NCBI RefSeq assembly: GCF_001194135.2 | Contig: NC_068983.1 | Coordinates: 159,532,509 to 159,596,508, forward strand | Source of the DNA: Octopus bimaculoides | Taxonomy: Eukaryota | Length of the DNA stretch: 64,000 nt | Direction of reading: 5' to 3' | Shown here: positions 39,735 to 53,475 of the stretch, piece by piece | Layout: the number at the start of each line of letters is the position of its first letter | Position numbering within the stretch: position 1 is the stretch's first letter | Program-made: the position numbers and the translations under genes | Notes under the pieces: model-generated | What the model was told of the DNA's origin: nothing | The model's input: the letters and a program-made list of their open reading frames with translations, nothing else | The model's database searches: none

Positions 39735-40626
39735 TCTTCTTCTTCTTCATCTTTTTCTTCTTCTTCTTCTTCTTCTTCTTCCCCCTCCTCCCCCTCTTCT
39801 TCTTCTTCTTCTTCTTCTTCTTCNNNNNNNNNNNNNNNNNNNNNNNNNNNNNNNNNNNNNNNNNNNNNNNNNNNNNNNNNNNNNNNNNNNNNNNNNNNNN
39901 NNNNNNNNNNNNNNNNNNNNNNNNNNNNNNNNNNNNNNNNNNNNNNNNNNNNNNNNNNNNNNNNNNNNNNNNNNNNNNNNNNNNNNNNNNNNNNNNNNNN
40001 NNNNNNNNNNNNNNNNNNNNNNNNNNNNNNNNNNNNNNNNNNNNNNNNNNNNNNNNNNNNNNNNNNNNNNNNNNNNNNNNNNNNNNNNNNNNNNNNNNNN
40101 NNNNNNNNNNNNNNNNNNNNNNNNNNNNNNNNNNNNNNNNNNNNNNNNNNNNNNNNNNNNNNNNNNNNNNNNNNNNNNNNNNNNNNNNNNNNNNNNNNNN
40201 NNNNNNNNNNNNNNNNNNNNNNNNNNNNNNNNNNNNNNNNNNNNNNNNNNNNNNNNNNNNNNNNNNNNNNNNNNNNNNNNNNNNNNNNNNNNNNNNNNNN
40301 NNNNNNNNNNNNNNNNNNNNNNNNNNNNNNNNNNNNNNNNNNNNNNNNNNNNNNNNNNNNNNNNNNNNNNNNNNNNNNNNNNNNNNNNNNNNNNNNNNNN
40401 NNNNNNNNNNNNNNNNNNNNNNNNNNNNNNNNNNNNNNNNNNNNNNNNNNNNNNNNNNNNNNNNNNNNNNNNNNNNNNNNNNNNNNNNNNNNNNNNNNNN
40501 NNNNNNNNNNNNNNNNNNNNNNNNNNNNNNNNNNNNNNNNNNNNNNNNNNNNNNNNNNNNNNNNNNNNNNNNNNNNNNNNNNNNNNNNNNNNNNNNNNNN
40601 NNNNNNNNNNNNNNNNNNNNNNNNNN

Positions 40627-40698
<72 letters not shown>
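39735..40698. repeat. (TTC)n, N-gap, (TTA)n
   Basis: Direct reading. Confidence 0.9.
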
Positions 40699-40699
<1 letters not shown>

Positions 40700-40701
40700 G
40701 T

Positions 40702-40935
40702 AAGGCAGCGAGCTGGTAGAATCGTTAGCACGCTGGACGAAATGATGAGCTGTATTCATCTGTCGCTTCATTGTGAGTTCAAATTCCGCCGAGGTTGACT
40801 TTGCCTTTCATTCTTTCGAGGGTCGATAAAATAAGAACCAGTTGAACACTGGGGTCGATGTAATCGACTTATCTCCACCTCCTCCAGGATGCCCTTGTGG
40901 CAATAATTTGAAATAATAATAATAATAATAATAAT
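40702..40935 (+). mobile_element. SINE family B, full length, (AAT)n tail
   Basis: ggcagcgagctggtagaatcgttagcacg...gagttcaaattccgccgaggttgactttgcc; homolog of 19241-19500. Confidence 0.9.
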
Positions 40936-40954
40936 AATAATTATTATTATTATT

Positions 40955-41460
40955 CAACAACCGCATATCCGTGTTCATGAGGTATGTGCAGTATTATATT
41001 GTTTTTAACTAAAACATCGGTGTTAGAAAGGACATCAATTTTGATTTCTTTGGGGCTGTTTCGGAGTTTCTTTTCTGTTGAGTAAAGTATGTTGTGTCTA
41101 TTTGATGTTATTTTAATTGGTTGGTGAATATCTTTCATATGTCTCGTGTGGATGATGCCATGTGTTTCAGTATCAGCCGTTCATCGTGCACAGATTTGGT
41201 GTGTGGCTTGTGTAGAATTAATGCATTGTAACTCTTCAGATCGTGCGTTCTGTGTAGTCTTTGGCGTAATTATGTTAGGTGCCAGTTATCTAGTTGTGTG
41301 TGCTGTGTTATTGTGTTGCATGTAGATAATTCATAATAAATGCAGTGTGGTTTGTGTTCTTTCATTGGGTCGTTCGAGTGTAGGTAATGTGTTGAGTATA
41401 GAGAAAGCTATTTAATTTGGATTATTGAATTGAAAGTGTTTTGTGTAGAGTATGGTCCGC
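40955..41460 (-). pseudogene. Possible old LINE endonuclease-region relic
   Basis: Strand-biased, coding-like composition with only weak motif resemblance. Confidence 0.2.
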
Positions 41461-41817
41461 ACATAAGTAGCATTAAAGCACCTTACTGTGAAACAGAACA
41501 TGAAGTCATATTGCATACAATTACTTGATCAAGCTTTCTGATGTATAAACATATGATATATTCTGTCTGCTATTATAATTTATTTCACATCTAGGTTACA
41601 TTACAGAATACAAATCGACTAAAAAACATGTCTGGTATTTTATTTTGTTGAAGAATGACGGTCAGTGCTGACTTTGGCAGCTGAGTGTGTTTGCATGTGT
41701 AGTATTATTAGCATTATCACAGAAACGAAGATTAAATTTTGGAATACTATCGCAATAACCTCTATTGATCCATTCTAGGACTTATTTGTTATTTTTATCT
41801 GACTGTTATAACTTAGT

Positions 41818-42200
41818 TGGTGGAGGCGCAATGGTCCAGTGGTTAGGGCAGCGGACTCGCGGTCATAGGATCGCGGTTTCGATTCCCAGACCGGACGTTG
41901 TGAGTGTTTATTGAGCGAAGACACCTAAAGCTCCACAAGGCTCCGGTAGGGGACGGTGGTGAACCCTGCTGTACTCTTCCACCACAACTTTCTCTCACTC
42001 TTACTTCCTGTTTCTGTTTGCCTGTAATTCAAAGGGTCAGCCTTGTCACACTGTGTTACACTGAATATCCCCGAGAACTACGTTAATGGTACACGTGTCT
42101 GTGGAGTGCTCAGCCACTTGCACGTTAATTTCACGAGCAGGATGTTCCGTTGATTGGATCAACTGGAACCCTCGATGCCGTAAGCGACGGAGTGCCAACA
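41818..42200 (+). mobile_element. tRNA-derived SINE family D
   Basis: Head ggcgcaatggtccagtggttagggcagcggactcg...ggtttcgattccc; 3' half nearly identical to the reverse complement of 47552-47726. Confidence 0.85.
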
Positions 42201-43240
42201 ATAAGTTAGTTGGTACGATAATCGGAAAGTAAATTAAGAGATCGCTGTAAGAGTCAACCAATACTTTACAAAAATGCATGGAAATATACCTGTGTAAATT
42301 ACTAAACATATTTTGGAAAATCATTCCAGATACTCATAGAAATTTAGTTAAAATATTTGTTACAGCAGTTAATTAATTGAAAACCAAACCGATTCACAAC
42401 CGAACTGATATGTAACTTTATATTAACCACATCAGCTTCAAATGTAATGATGGCGTTTACTTTGAAACGCTTCTTCAAAGCATTTTACAGCCACTAACCA
42501 GTTTTCTCTCTATTTCTTAAAAAAACAAAAAGAAAAACAAAACATTATCTTGCAATACTTTTTTTATTCAACAGTTTTTTTATTCATCAAAAGCGTTTTA
42601 TTATTATTTTTTGATACCATTTTTATTCTAAGCCTCACTTCACAACGAATTTTCTTTGTTTATATTCATTGATTTTCCTACATAATTTTTGTTCGTTTCG
42701 TATTTTAATTTTATTTTCATTGTATATAAATTCGATTAGAAAAGTTCATATAGTTTCAAATAAATATATTAAATAGTATGGAACCATTCGATTTCCATTA
42801 CAAAAAAAATCCGCTTTTATTCGGCCATTGCGTAATTAATAGGCACTAGAAAGCAATGACATCGCTTTAAAAGCAAAATGATTGCAATGAACAAGAATGT
42901 AATGCATTAGTGGAGAGGGTTGAAACAAGTAGGATGAGTGTTGAGACAATAGAGCTTTAGAAAGGTAGATAGCTGCTCACTTCGTACATTAAGAGAAAAT
43001 ACAGTCATAAAACACTTTCATTAATAATAAAGAAATGGAGTAAAAAAAGAAATGAACACACGATCAAAGACAACAGAAGTGAAAGAAAAATAATCAAATA
43101 CTTCAATACTGTTATGTTCTATGTTAGACGCCACAATGCAAATAATTCTTTCTTTTCAGTCGACACAGTTGTAGTTGGCAAATGAAAACAGTAATTTACG
43201 AAACAAATGATTTATACATACGTACATACATACGTACACA

Positions 43241-43342
<102 letters not shown>

Positions 43343-43550
43343 AATATATATATATACATATACATATAAATATATACATATATATACATATATATATATA
43401 CATCCACATATATACATACACACACATACATATATAAATAAATAGATATATATGCATACATATATATGTATCCATACATATACATATGTATATATATGCA
43501 TATGTATAGATGTTTATTTATATATATTTGATCACACACACACACATACA

Positions 43551-43597
<47 letters not shown>

Positions 43598-44449
43598 TAC
43601 ACACACATACACACACAAACACACACACATACAACGTACTCACTATCACACACACACACACACACACATATTATTATTTAAAACAGTTTGATTCGGTTCC
43701 CGGCGAATCAAAGTTTCGCCGGCTTCCCATTGAAACCCAACTCACTTAAGCTCAGATTATCGATTCGGTAATGTGATGTGAGCCCGAACGAGCGTGAACC
43801 GAATATAACAATTTAAAATAATAACACATCAAACTCCTACTAAATGTGTTGAGTGCCTTTTTCTTTTGTTTGTTCACTCACTCATATACGTATGTATGCA
43901 TACGTATACACATTATATATGCATGTATAAGTAGACACGTTATGTGTGTGCGTGTGTGTGTGTGTAAGTGTGTGTATGTTTGTGTGCATATACAAATTTT
44001 TGTGCATAAAGAGCTGGAAAAAGCACCACGTTCTTGGTATATTTATCGGGTTAGGAGATGCATTGTGATATAGTATTTTTCAATATACATTTCCCACGAT
44101 CCTGTGCCCAGTTAACTTAGGCACCGCCTATCCGAAATATTGAAAGGTATTAATGAGATGCGTAAGTACCTAGACCGAGAGTCTCCAGTCCGAATTTTGT
44201 CAACTGAAATCTAGATCAGGAAATATTTATGTTTCCAACAAAACATTAAACCCATATGAAATAGATGAGGCAGTACATATAAAGCTAGGATGCAATAACA
44301 TACTCAAACTTTCTAATAACATGTATATGTATGTATTTGTCTACCAGACTTGTATCCTTTGCTAAACGACTAATTTTAAAACCTATTAAGGACCATATAT
44401 AAAATATTGCATCTGGCTTTAAATCCTAAGCAGGACTACTTAGTAATAA

Positions 44450-45130
44450 GTTTCCAAACACGAAGGCCACAAACCTACATTACTAGTAGAGTAATAGAAT
44501 GATGTCATTTTCTGTATCGATAACAAGCAGACATACGGCAAACATATATAATTACTCAATTCGACTGTACGGAGCCCAAGGTTTGCTGAGCCACAATCAA
44601 ATAGATGATACTGATATTGATAACAATAAGTCATCATAAAGATAGCCTTCTGTTTCGCAAGGACTCTTCCAAAGTGGAAAAAATACCTTGGATTGAATAG
44701 ATACCATCAACATAATTATGGTGGCAATTGATAACACGGATGTTTGTGAGCTCTTAGGGCTTTTCATTTTAGACGTTCTTGCTTGGAAAGTTACAACCAT
44801 ATACTTTGGAATAGCTATAATTTAAAGCATTAATGGTGTTAGATGAAGTGAGAAAGAACATCATTCACAAATTAACACTTTCGGTCTTGAAATTACTATA
44901 ACCTAACTACTAGTGACTTTCTTGGCAAGATTTATCATTTACATTCCACAAAGCCAGCAGGAAGTGAAGCGAAAGTATCTCCTATAATAACCTGGAATGA
45001 TGCCCACCATAGTGTAGTGTTAAATCAACTCATGTACTACATTAGAAGTAGCATCCTGAATATCTTGCCAAATAAGAATACATTTAGGTATTCGACTTCA
45101 TCCTAAAATACGCTTTCCTAACTATTTTAC
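44450..45130 (+). mobile_element. Penelope-like element RT remnant
   Basis: Broken frames give KDSLLF, NIIMVAIDNTDVCELLGLFILD (cf. PLE MGSFDGAEVCELVGLFIL), FGLEITI and DFLG. Confidence 0.7.
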
Positions 45131-45959
45131 TCCGAAAGAAAATTACTAATCTACCTCTCTCCTTACCTTTAGAAATGAAAAAAATGATAATGAAATATAT
45201 GTTCTAACCCCTGATTTTCACTCAATGTAAAATCTAATAAAGGGAAACTTACATGAATAAACAAATACATCCCTCCTAGCCACAGATATATGAAATCTTT
45301 AAGAGGCACAATCTTCAAATTCATTACAGATGTACCAAAAACATTGAAACATAATATTATAGATACCAACAATGAAAGCAAGTGGTATATACCCGGGAAA
45401 GGTTAGTATGTACTAGACAAATTTTGCAGAGTAGAATCAATGATTTATCAGGCAGTAATCACACCTATAATACCTAATCTAGCAGAAAAATCTAACTGCT
45501 AGAAAGTTTATATAATTATATATTCTCGTATAAAACTACAGATAATATAATGATATATTCTCGTATATAATGATATATTCTCGTATAAAAGTACAGTATC
45601 TCTACAAATTGGGCATACACTTAGAAGAAATCGGATACACTTAGAAGAAGGATACACTTAGAAGAAAGCGGACTGCTATTTTCCAAACGTTAATTACTAG
45701 AAGAATTCAAACGATGACTCATTACAAGTAAAATGTGCGAATTATTCACGGAAGAGAAAAGAAAATATCCAGCTAATATCTTTATTAACAATATCTTTGT
45801 TTAAGCAATAGATCCGAGATGTCTGGAAAATGCAGATACTTTGAAAAGCACTTTTACAATACCACCAGTTAACATGAAATACAAATGTGCACCGGCACCT
45901 GATATTGCTTCATCTTAGCCTTTTTCTAGTCATTCTTCTACCAACTTCCTTTCTGCCAT

Positions 45960-46160
45960 TCATGTAATTTATTTTTGTTTAGATTGGCATACCCACTTTG
46001 GTACAGGGTTTTGAGATTTCCGTTTAAGAGGCAGTGTGTATTTAGTATATTTTGTCTATGTTGCGCTTGGAAGATGCATGGTAGGGAATGTCAGTGGTGA
46101 CAAGAATCATCTGCATAAAAGTGGATGTTGTGGGACTTGGACTAAGAGTGCATAGTTAGG
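45960..46160 (-). pseudogene. CR1/Jockey-group RT fragment
   Basis: Minus strand HNIHFYADDS followed by LNGNLKTLYQSGYANL (cf. LNxDLxxIxxWGxxNL). Confidence 0.5.
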
Positions 46161-46229
46161 TCTCGCTTTGAGAGATTGTAATAGTATATGGTCATTCTGT
46201 GAACTGTTGTTTATAATGCTTTCTTCCGT

Positions 46230-46547
46230 TACATCTTGTAGCATACATGTGTGCGTGTGTGTGTGGAAGTACAAACATGCATGCATGCATGTATGTCTTT
46301 ACTTACACACACACATATATCCATACATACATACATACATACATATATACATACATACAAACAAACCTGGATGGAAAGCACTCACATACAAAAGAAGACT
46401 ATGCATGAGTATGTTGCCCGGAAGCTTGAAGAAGACACGAAGCGCAGCCTCTCTTGGACACAAGACCATTACATCATATCACACTATGAAGGCTATGCGT
46501 TTGCAATCCAGGAACAGGAGATTGCATACATCGTGTAGCATACATGT
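46230..46547 (+). other. Mosaic insertion between 21-bp direct repeats: inverted copy of nearby DNA plus a LINE fragment
   Basis: tacatc(t/g)tgtagcatacatgt at 46230-46250 and 46527-46547. 46242-46390 is an inverted homolog of 48242-48374. 46391-46530 encodes KKTMHEYVARKLEED...SLSW...EGYAFAIQEQEI. Confidence 0.65.
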
Positions 46548-47213
46548 AACGAACAGGATACCATGACTTACATTCTTAATTATGGCACAACTGATTGATT
46601 GTTACCTTCCCCTGCAATCATACAAGGTTTATCTTTGCCTATGCATGCGCTGGAACGTGTTTAAAAAACTGATGGTGTTTCGTGAAGTAGTCATCGATAA
46701 AATGTGAACAATAATGAAATAATAACTGGAGATGTTCGGATCAACTAAGATTCTTAAATACGGTATCTCATCATCGTCGAAGTCCAATGTCTGAAACTAG
46801 TTGAAGAATATTACTTATTATTTATTTGAAATCAAATTTCTGGTAATTGGTTTAATATGAGGCTATTTCAATATTGGTTAGTTGCTTAATTAACATCTAA
46901 TGCCGCATCCCTTTCAGTGGAGGAAAATTTTATCTAAATGCTGTATTACTCAAATGCTGTGCACGTTATATGGAAATGTGTGTTAGATGCTATATTTCCC
47001 GTGGGGCACTTGATTGGTTATTACTGCAATTGACAGAAATATAAAAAATGGACACAGTCAGGGCAATGTAATTAAAATGTTTGTTTCACAATTACGTGGA
47101 CTTAATCTCGATCAATTTACACGGTATCTCAGGTGGGTGTTTTCTATAACCTCCATTTGATTAATAATGACGCGTGAGTGAGATTGCTATTGGATATCTA
47201 TTTGATTCAATAA

Positions 47214-47545
47214 GCATGGTTCAGTGGTTAGAGTGTCGGGCTCCCAATCATACAGTAGTGGGTTCGATTTCCGGACCGGACTGTGAGTTGTGTTCTTGAG
47301 CAAGACACTTTATTTCACATTGCTCCAGTTCACTCAGCTGTAGAAATGACTTGCGACGTCACTAGCGCCAAGCTGTATCGGTCTTTGCCTATCCCTTGGA
47401 TAACACTGGTGGCGTGGAGAGGGGAACCGGTATGCATGGGCGACTGCTGGTCTTCCATAAATAACCTTTCCCGGATTTCTGCCTCGGAGGGGAACTTTCT
47501 AGGTGCAAACCCATGGTCATTCATGACCGAAGTGGTGTTCCTTAA
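47214..47545 (+). mobile_element. SINE family A
   Basis: Homologous to 2393-2718. Confidence 0.9.
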
Positions 47546-47551
47546 CGTGAA

Positions 47552-47726
47552 TGTTGTTGGCACTCCATCGCTTACGACGTCGAGGGTTCCAGTTGATCCG
47601 ATCAACGGAACAGCCTGCTCGTGAAATTAACGTGCAAGTGGCTGAGCATTCCACAGACATGTGTACCCTTAACGTAGTTCTCGGGGATATTCAGCGTGAC
47701 ACAGTGTGACAAGGCTGGCCCTTTGA
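47552..47726 (-). mobile_element. SINE family D 3' half, tail-to-tail with the SINE A copy
   Basis: Reverse complement of ~42030-42200. Confidence 0.9.
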
Positions 47727-48053
47727 AAAACGTGAATATTACTATTATATATTAACCTATATGACGGTACTTCCTGCCTGTTTCGATGTTTGAGAATTTG
47801 AAGGAGAGTAAAGTTTTCTCTGTAGATTGAAAATAAATAAATAAATAAATAAATAAATAAATTTACAACCTTAATCAGTTTTCGAACCTTATAAGGTACT
47901 CATTACATGTGTCTACATCATTTTGACCAATCTAAGAAAAACAGTCAGCCAATATATTTATATATTCAACAATTCCAGTAGCTACAGAGGACTGGAGCTG
48001 TTAATTAGTTTACCGTATGTGTTAACACTTTATTTAACACCGAGACCTGAGTC

Positions 48054-48800
48054 GCAGGCATGGCTGTGTGGTTAAGATGATCGCTTCGCAACTACGTGCT
48101 TTTGGGTTCAATCACACTGCACAGAACCTTGGTACTTTGCAATAAGCCCGAGCCTATTGTCTTCCACTGTAACCCAAAGCTGACGCTCTTTGAGATTATT
48201 TGAATTTGGTTGACGGAAACACTATATTGAAATCCGTTGCATGTAGGGTGAGGGCTTTCCGTACAGGTTTGTTTGTTTGTTTGTATGTATGTATGTGCGT
48301 GTGTGTGTGTGTAAGTACAACATATATGCATGCATGTATGTTTGTACTTACACACACAAACACACACATGTATGATTGCGTGCCTCTGTGTTTGTGTTTA
48401 CCCTTCTTTTGCTTGAGAACAGCTGTTGGCTTGTTTACTTCCCCGCAGATTAGCAGTTCGGTAAAAGAGAGGGATACAAAAAAGTAACATACTTTTGCAA
48501 AAAGAAGTACTGGGGTGTATTTGTCCGACTAAACCCTTTAAGGTGTTGCCCCAGCATGGTCGGAATATAATGACCAAAACAAGTAAAAAAATAAAAAAAG
48601 ATAAACAGACGCAGGCGTGGCTGTGTAGTAAGAAGGTTGCTTCCCGACTACATGGTTCCAGACTCAGTCCGACTATGTGCCACTGTGGGCATATGTTTGT
48701 ACGGTTTGTTCGGCCGACGAAAGCCTTGTGAGTAGATTTGGTAGTTGGAAATTGAAAGAAGTCCGTCGTATATACATACATACATACATACACACACTCA

Positions 48801-48832
<32 letters not shown>

Positions 48833-49140
48833 NNNNNNNNNNNNNNNNNNNNNNNNNNNNNNNNNNNNNNNNNNNNNNNNNNNNNNNNNNNNNNNNNNNN
48901 NNNNNNNNNNNNNNNNNNNNNNNNNNNNNNNNNNNNNTATATATATCTATGTGTGTGTGTATTTGTGTCTATGTTTGTTCTCCCACTACTGCTTGACAAC
49001 CGGTGTTGGTGTGTTTACGTCCACGTAATAGCGGTTCAACAAAAGCGATCGGTAGAATAAGTACTAGGCTTAGTAAAAAAGTACTGGAGTACTTCTTTCT
49101 ATTCGAGTAAAAATTCAAGACTGAAACATGTAAAAGATAT
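48054..49140 (+). mobile_element. Head-to-tail pair of SINE family C copies (48054-48600 and 48610-49140)
   Basis: Two gcagg(c)atggctgtgt(g/a)g heads, each with an internal microsatellite and A-rich tail. Confidence 0.8.
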
Positions 49141-49937
49141 AAATAAAAAAGCTAAAATTACTGTTTAAAACATAGCAAAAATTTCTGTTTTGATGTTTTA
49201 GATATGGTTGTATGACATATAATTACTTCAGTATAAGAGATGTAAAAAGAATGCTTTAATCCCCCGGAAAATTCAGCTTTCCAAATTAGTATTCAACTAA
49301 AACGAAAACCTAGATTTACGTTTGTAGTCGAAATAATTTTTATGACGAATCCATTCATGCAAATTAGAGAAAAGAACATGCGCATTCATCCAAATATAAG
49401 CAGAAAACTTTCATTTAATCAAATAGAGACTTAGTAATTTTGTTACCTGTTAAAATTATCTTCTCTAACAGCCGCACTTGTGAGTAAGCAATTGTGAGTA
49501 ATAATGTAATTTAATCCAGAAGTTACGTCTAGCATTTGCTTTCCCTTATTTGTGTTTATGTTATTCTGCATGAACATCCCTTAAAAACAAGTCAGCCTCT
49601 TTATTTATTATAGCTGACATAATATTTAACGAAGAAGAATATAGGAAAAAAAAATTCCGAAGTTATTCGCTCTAGATTTTCATAGTAAACTAAAACGGAC
49701 CTTTAGCAAAACAATTACGAAGGTAAAGCAACATGATTAGATTGCAATCCACAACATTTACTTTATTTCAATGAAGTATCAGTTACTAAGCTTAAGAATG
49801 CTTGAACGCTTTGATTTTGAATTGCGATGTACATATTTTTTATCTTCAAAGTTTATAGATGTCTTATAACAAAAAAAATAACACCCCCTTATATGTATGT
49901 ATGTATGTATGTATATGCCTGTCTGTCTCCCAGTCTA

Positions 49938-49939
49938 CT

Positions 49940-50002
<63 letters not shown>

Positions 50003-50012
50003 NNNNNNNNNN

Positions 50013-50075
<63 letters not shown>

Positions 50076-50095
50076 CTCTCTCTCTCTCTCTCTCC
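49938..50095. repeat. (TTTC)n plus (TC)n with a 10-N gap
   Basis: Direct reading. Confidence 0.95.
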
Positions 50096-52621
50096 CTCCT
50101 TCTCTCATACACATACACACATACAGTACACTGAAGGCTCTGTACTCTTGTCTAAGTAAGATCTCTTCTGCCACAGAGTATCTTTTCAAACAGTCACGTA
50201 CAGTGTAGTTTCACCACTGTGTGCAAGAGATTTATAGGTCCTACAGTGTATTGGACAACGTAAATGAAATTAGAAAATTCTGAAGATGGTGATGATATAT
50301 ATCAGGAAGAAATTTTGTGTTAATTTCCTTTATGACAGCTTGAAAAAAAAAAAAAAAAAAAAAAAGAAAACAGTGGTTATTCCACCTTTTGAGCAATCAA
50401 ATAGATGTTTTCTTTTGAAATATTGACTTACATTATTTTACGAGCGGCACTTTTCATCCTTGCATAATTCAAAAAGGTAGCTTTAAAGACTAGGTGCTCT
50501 TCATAAATATTCATCCATTTACATAAGTTCCATGTTGAGACCTTTTACTTCTTGAATTCAACTTTAATACATTTTGCAGGGTATCTAGGTTAATGCCCAT
50601 TCAGTCAGCCCATTCCAGTTCGGCCGTTCTAGTAGTCAGTGTCCGCGACTCCAACGAAATTCTGGCATAAACAATTCTTTAAAGTGTGTATATTAATGCG
50701 TATGTGTGTGTGCGTGTGCGTGTGCGTGTGTGTGTGTGTGTATGTGTTTTAGATGAAAATAAGTCGCTATAACAAAACTGAAATAATTTTTCTATGGTTG
50801 TGTGCTGAAGATCATGCTTGTATTGAGTTTTCTAAACGACAGTAGATGCTATATTTACTTTATCATTTATATCTACATCATTGCGTGGAACTATATAAAC
50901 ACTAGAGTTTATATAGTAAAGTGACCCCCAAAAAAGGTAGCCTTTTATTATTTGTGCTGAATTCTAGTAAAAATTTGTATTTTATTATATTCAACATGGC
51001 GGTTTCTTAAGTAATGTGGTATATTCACGAGAGGAAAATGAATTAACTTCGGCATAACAGTACCCACAAACGTAATTAAAACTGTCGTAGTGCTATGGTG
51101 CTAACCGTAAATGTGTAGGATTTTCTCTTTAAGCGATGAAAGTTCTGCCTGATAATCTATATCTTAAAAAGACACACCTGTGAATATTTCGAAAAATACG
51201 AAAAGGAACAACCGAAAGAAATGAGACATTTTCCTGCTTAACAGCATCGCCAACTGGAAAAAGGTGAAAGTGACCTTTTGAAAACAACTTCATCTAGTTT
51301 ACTGCTGCATATCTATTGAAATGTTTACAAATCTTGGGAAAGATCCAAGCTTTCCCATGTTACATATTGATCACAGAATATGTGTTTATTGAAATAATTC
51401 TCAGCAGCAACATATATGAAAGTGTTAGATTGAAAACATTCTGATAGGACACATGACATGCTATTTAAAATAGAACTATCACTATTTTAGTTTCTGTCTT
51501 GTTTCCATTTATGACATCTGTAATTTCATAACGTTAAGATGATATAATGTTCTGGCAGATAGAAAACGTGTTAAGTGATCTAAGATCCAATACAAGGTGA
51601 GCACCATTTCTTTACCATAAAAGATATCTTTGAAAATAAATTATTGAATCTTTGGATTTTATGCTTCGCAAAATTTACACTGATGTGTACAAATGTTTCA
51701 TAAGTGCAGCATATGGAAGTAAAACAAAATGGTCTTTTGTTAAATCTATGTAGGCCCTGTCAGAAATATAATGTAATCAATTAGCTACCCATTTTCTCAA
51801 TGTGGGAGTGTCAAACATACTTATGAGTGTGTTTTGATGGAAACATATATTTTACCCACTGTCAACTGACAACCAGAAGAGAGCTGCAGAAAACGATGAT
51901 CATTTCAACGAAGCAACCATTCACTAACATTTATTTCCTTGTTTCTGATTCCCTCCCTTTGTTTTCCGTTGGACATATTTCGGACAGGGCTGCCATATAG
52001 ATGCTATACCAGCTATATTGCTAAGTTTCTTTGGCTGTCTGAATTTGAAAAATACAATAAAACAAATATGTAGTTGTTTTTCACAAGAAAGTCGTAAAAA
52101 AACTAAACTAGTGGTTGTCTGGCTATCACAAATAAACACATAAAATTTTCTCACAAAAAGTTCTAATAATTGGTGAATTTTCATTATGTTGATAACTTAT
52201 CTTTTTTTATCTTCGGATATGTTTTACTTCTACCATTTTCAGAGTGAATATTTCTTTTACTTCTGTTTTCTTAACATCTACAGCACTGCTGCCACACCAA
52301 AAATGCCGGTGGCCGTCAGCATTTAAAATAGTCTGACGCAAGTGTGATTAGAAGATGGAATGGAAACAAAGAAAGACAAGAGAAAGTTTCTTTCAGAAAA
52401 TAATAAAACAGGTGAAAAACAAAAGTCGAAGGAAAATAAGGGAAACAAAACGAAGAAAATTTACCAATTATAACTTTTTTTCATGAGAGCGTTTCTTTGC
52501 AGTCACTTTGTATTATGTCTTTCAAATATGACAATAGGAAATAAATACCTAGAGTCTGAAAGTAGATATTTCACCTTTCAACCTATCTCTCTTCTCCCTG
52601 ACATGTTTTTACGCATATGCG

Positions 52622-52820
52622 TATTTTTAGTTATTGGACAGCGACCATGCTAAGGCACTACATTAAATTAAACAGTCGACCAAATCGACCCCAGTGTCTA
52701 TTTATTTTAAAGTCCTGCACATATACTGAAGACCACTTTTTGCCGAATCTCTAGATAACGGAGAAACAAAATACACCGTTATTTGTTGCCAAACGATGAC
52801 TAACGCTGAAAGAGATACAC
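52622..52820 (-). mobile_element. SINE family C 3' fragment
   Basis: ccatgct...agtcgaccaaatcgaccccag...ttttgccgaa shared with 22560-22670. Confidence 0.65.
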
Positions 52821-52835
52821 ATGTATATATATATA

Positions 52836-52867
<32 letters not shown>

Positions 52868-53103
52868 AGTATGTATATGGACAGTTAGTCTATTTCTGTC
52901 TGTCTTTCTCTGTGTGTGTGTGTATGTGTGTGTGTGTGTGTCTGTGTGTCTGTATGTATTCTTGTGTTTGGGGAGAGTCATTCACTTTTATTGTCTTATT
53001 ACTAAACACACTCACCGGTTCGATTTCCTCTCATTTACTTATTTCTTCAAAAGTTTTCTTTCCGTTTTCCAACCTCTTCAATAGCCGTTGACTCTGTCCG
53101 TTA

Positions 53104-53155
<52 letters not shown>

Positions 53156-53427
53156 TTATATATGTATGTATATGTGTGTGTGTGTGTGTGTATAAAAATC
53201 TATACATATATATATATATAATAAAGGTTATGAAGGGTAATGGAATTAACCAGACCCTAAAGATACAGGTACTACCGAGTAAGTGGTGTATACCGACTAG
53301 TTTTGCCATATATATATATATATACATGTAAGTATCTGTCTAAATATGTATGTGCATATATTTAATACATGTAANNNNNNNNNNNNNNNNNNNNNNNNNN
53401 NNNNNNNNNNNNNNNNNNNNNNNNNNN

Positions 53428-53475
<48 letters not shown>

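Noticed and set aside
51985-52000. cagggctgcca, a hAT-like terminal motif
   Set aside because: No matching opposite terminus or TSD was found nearby.
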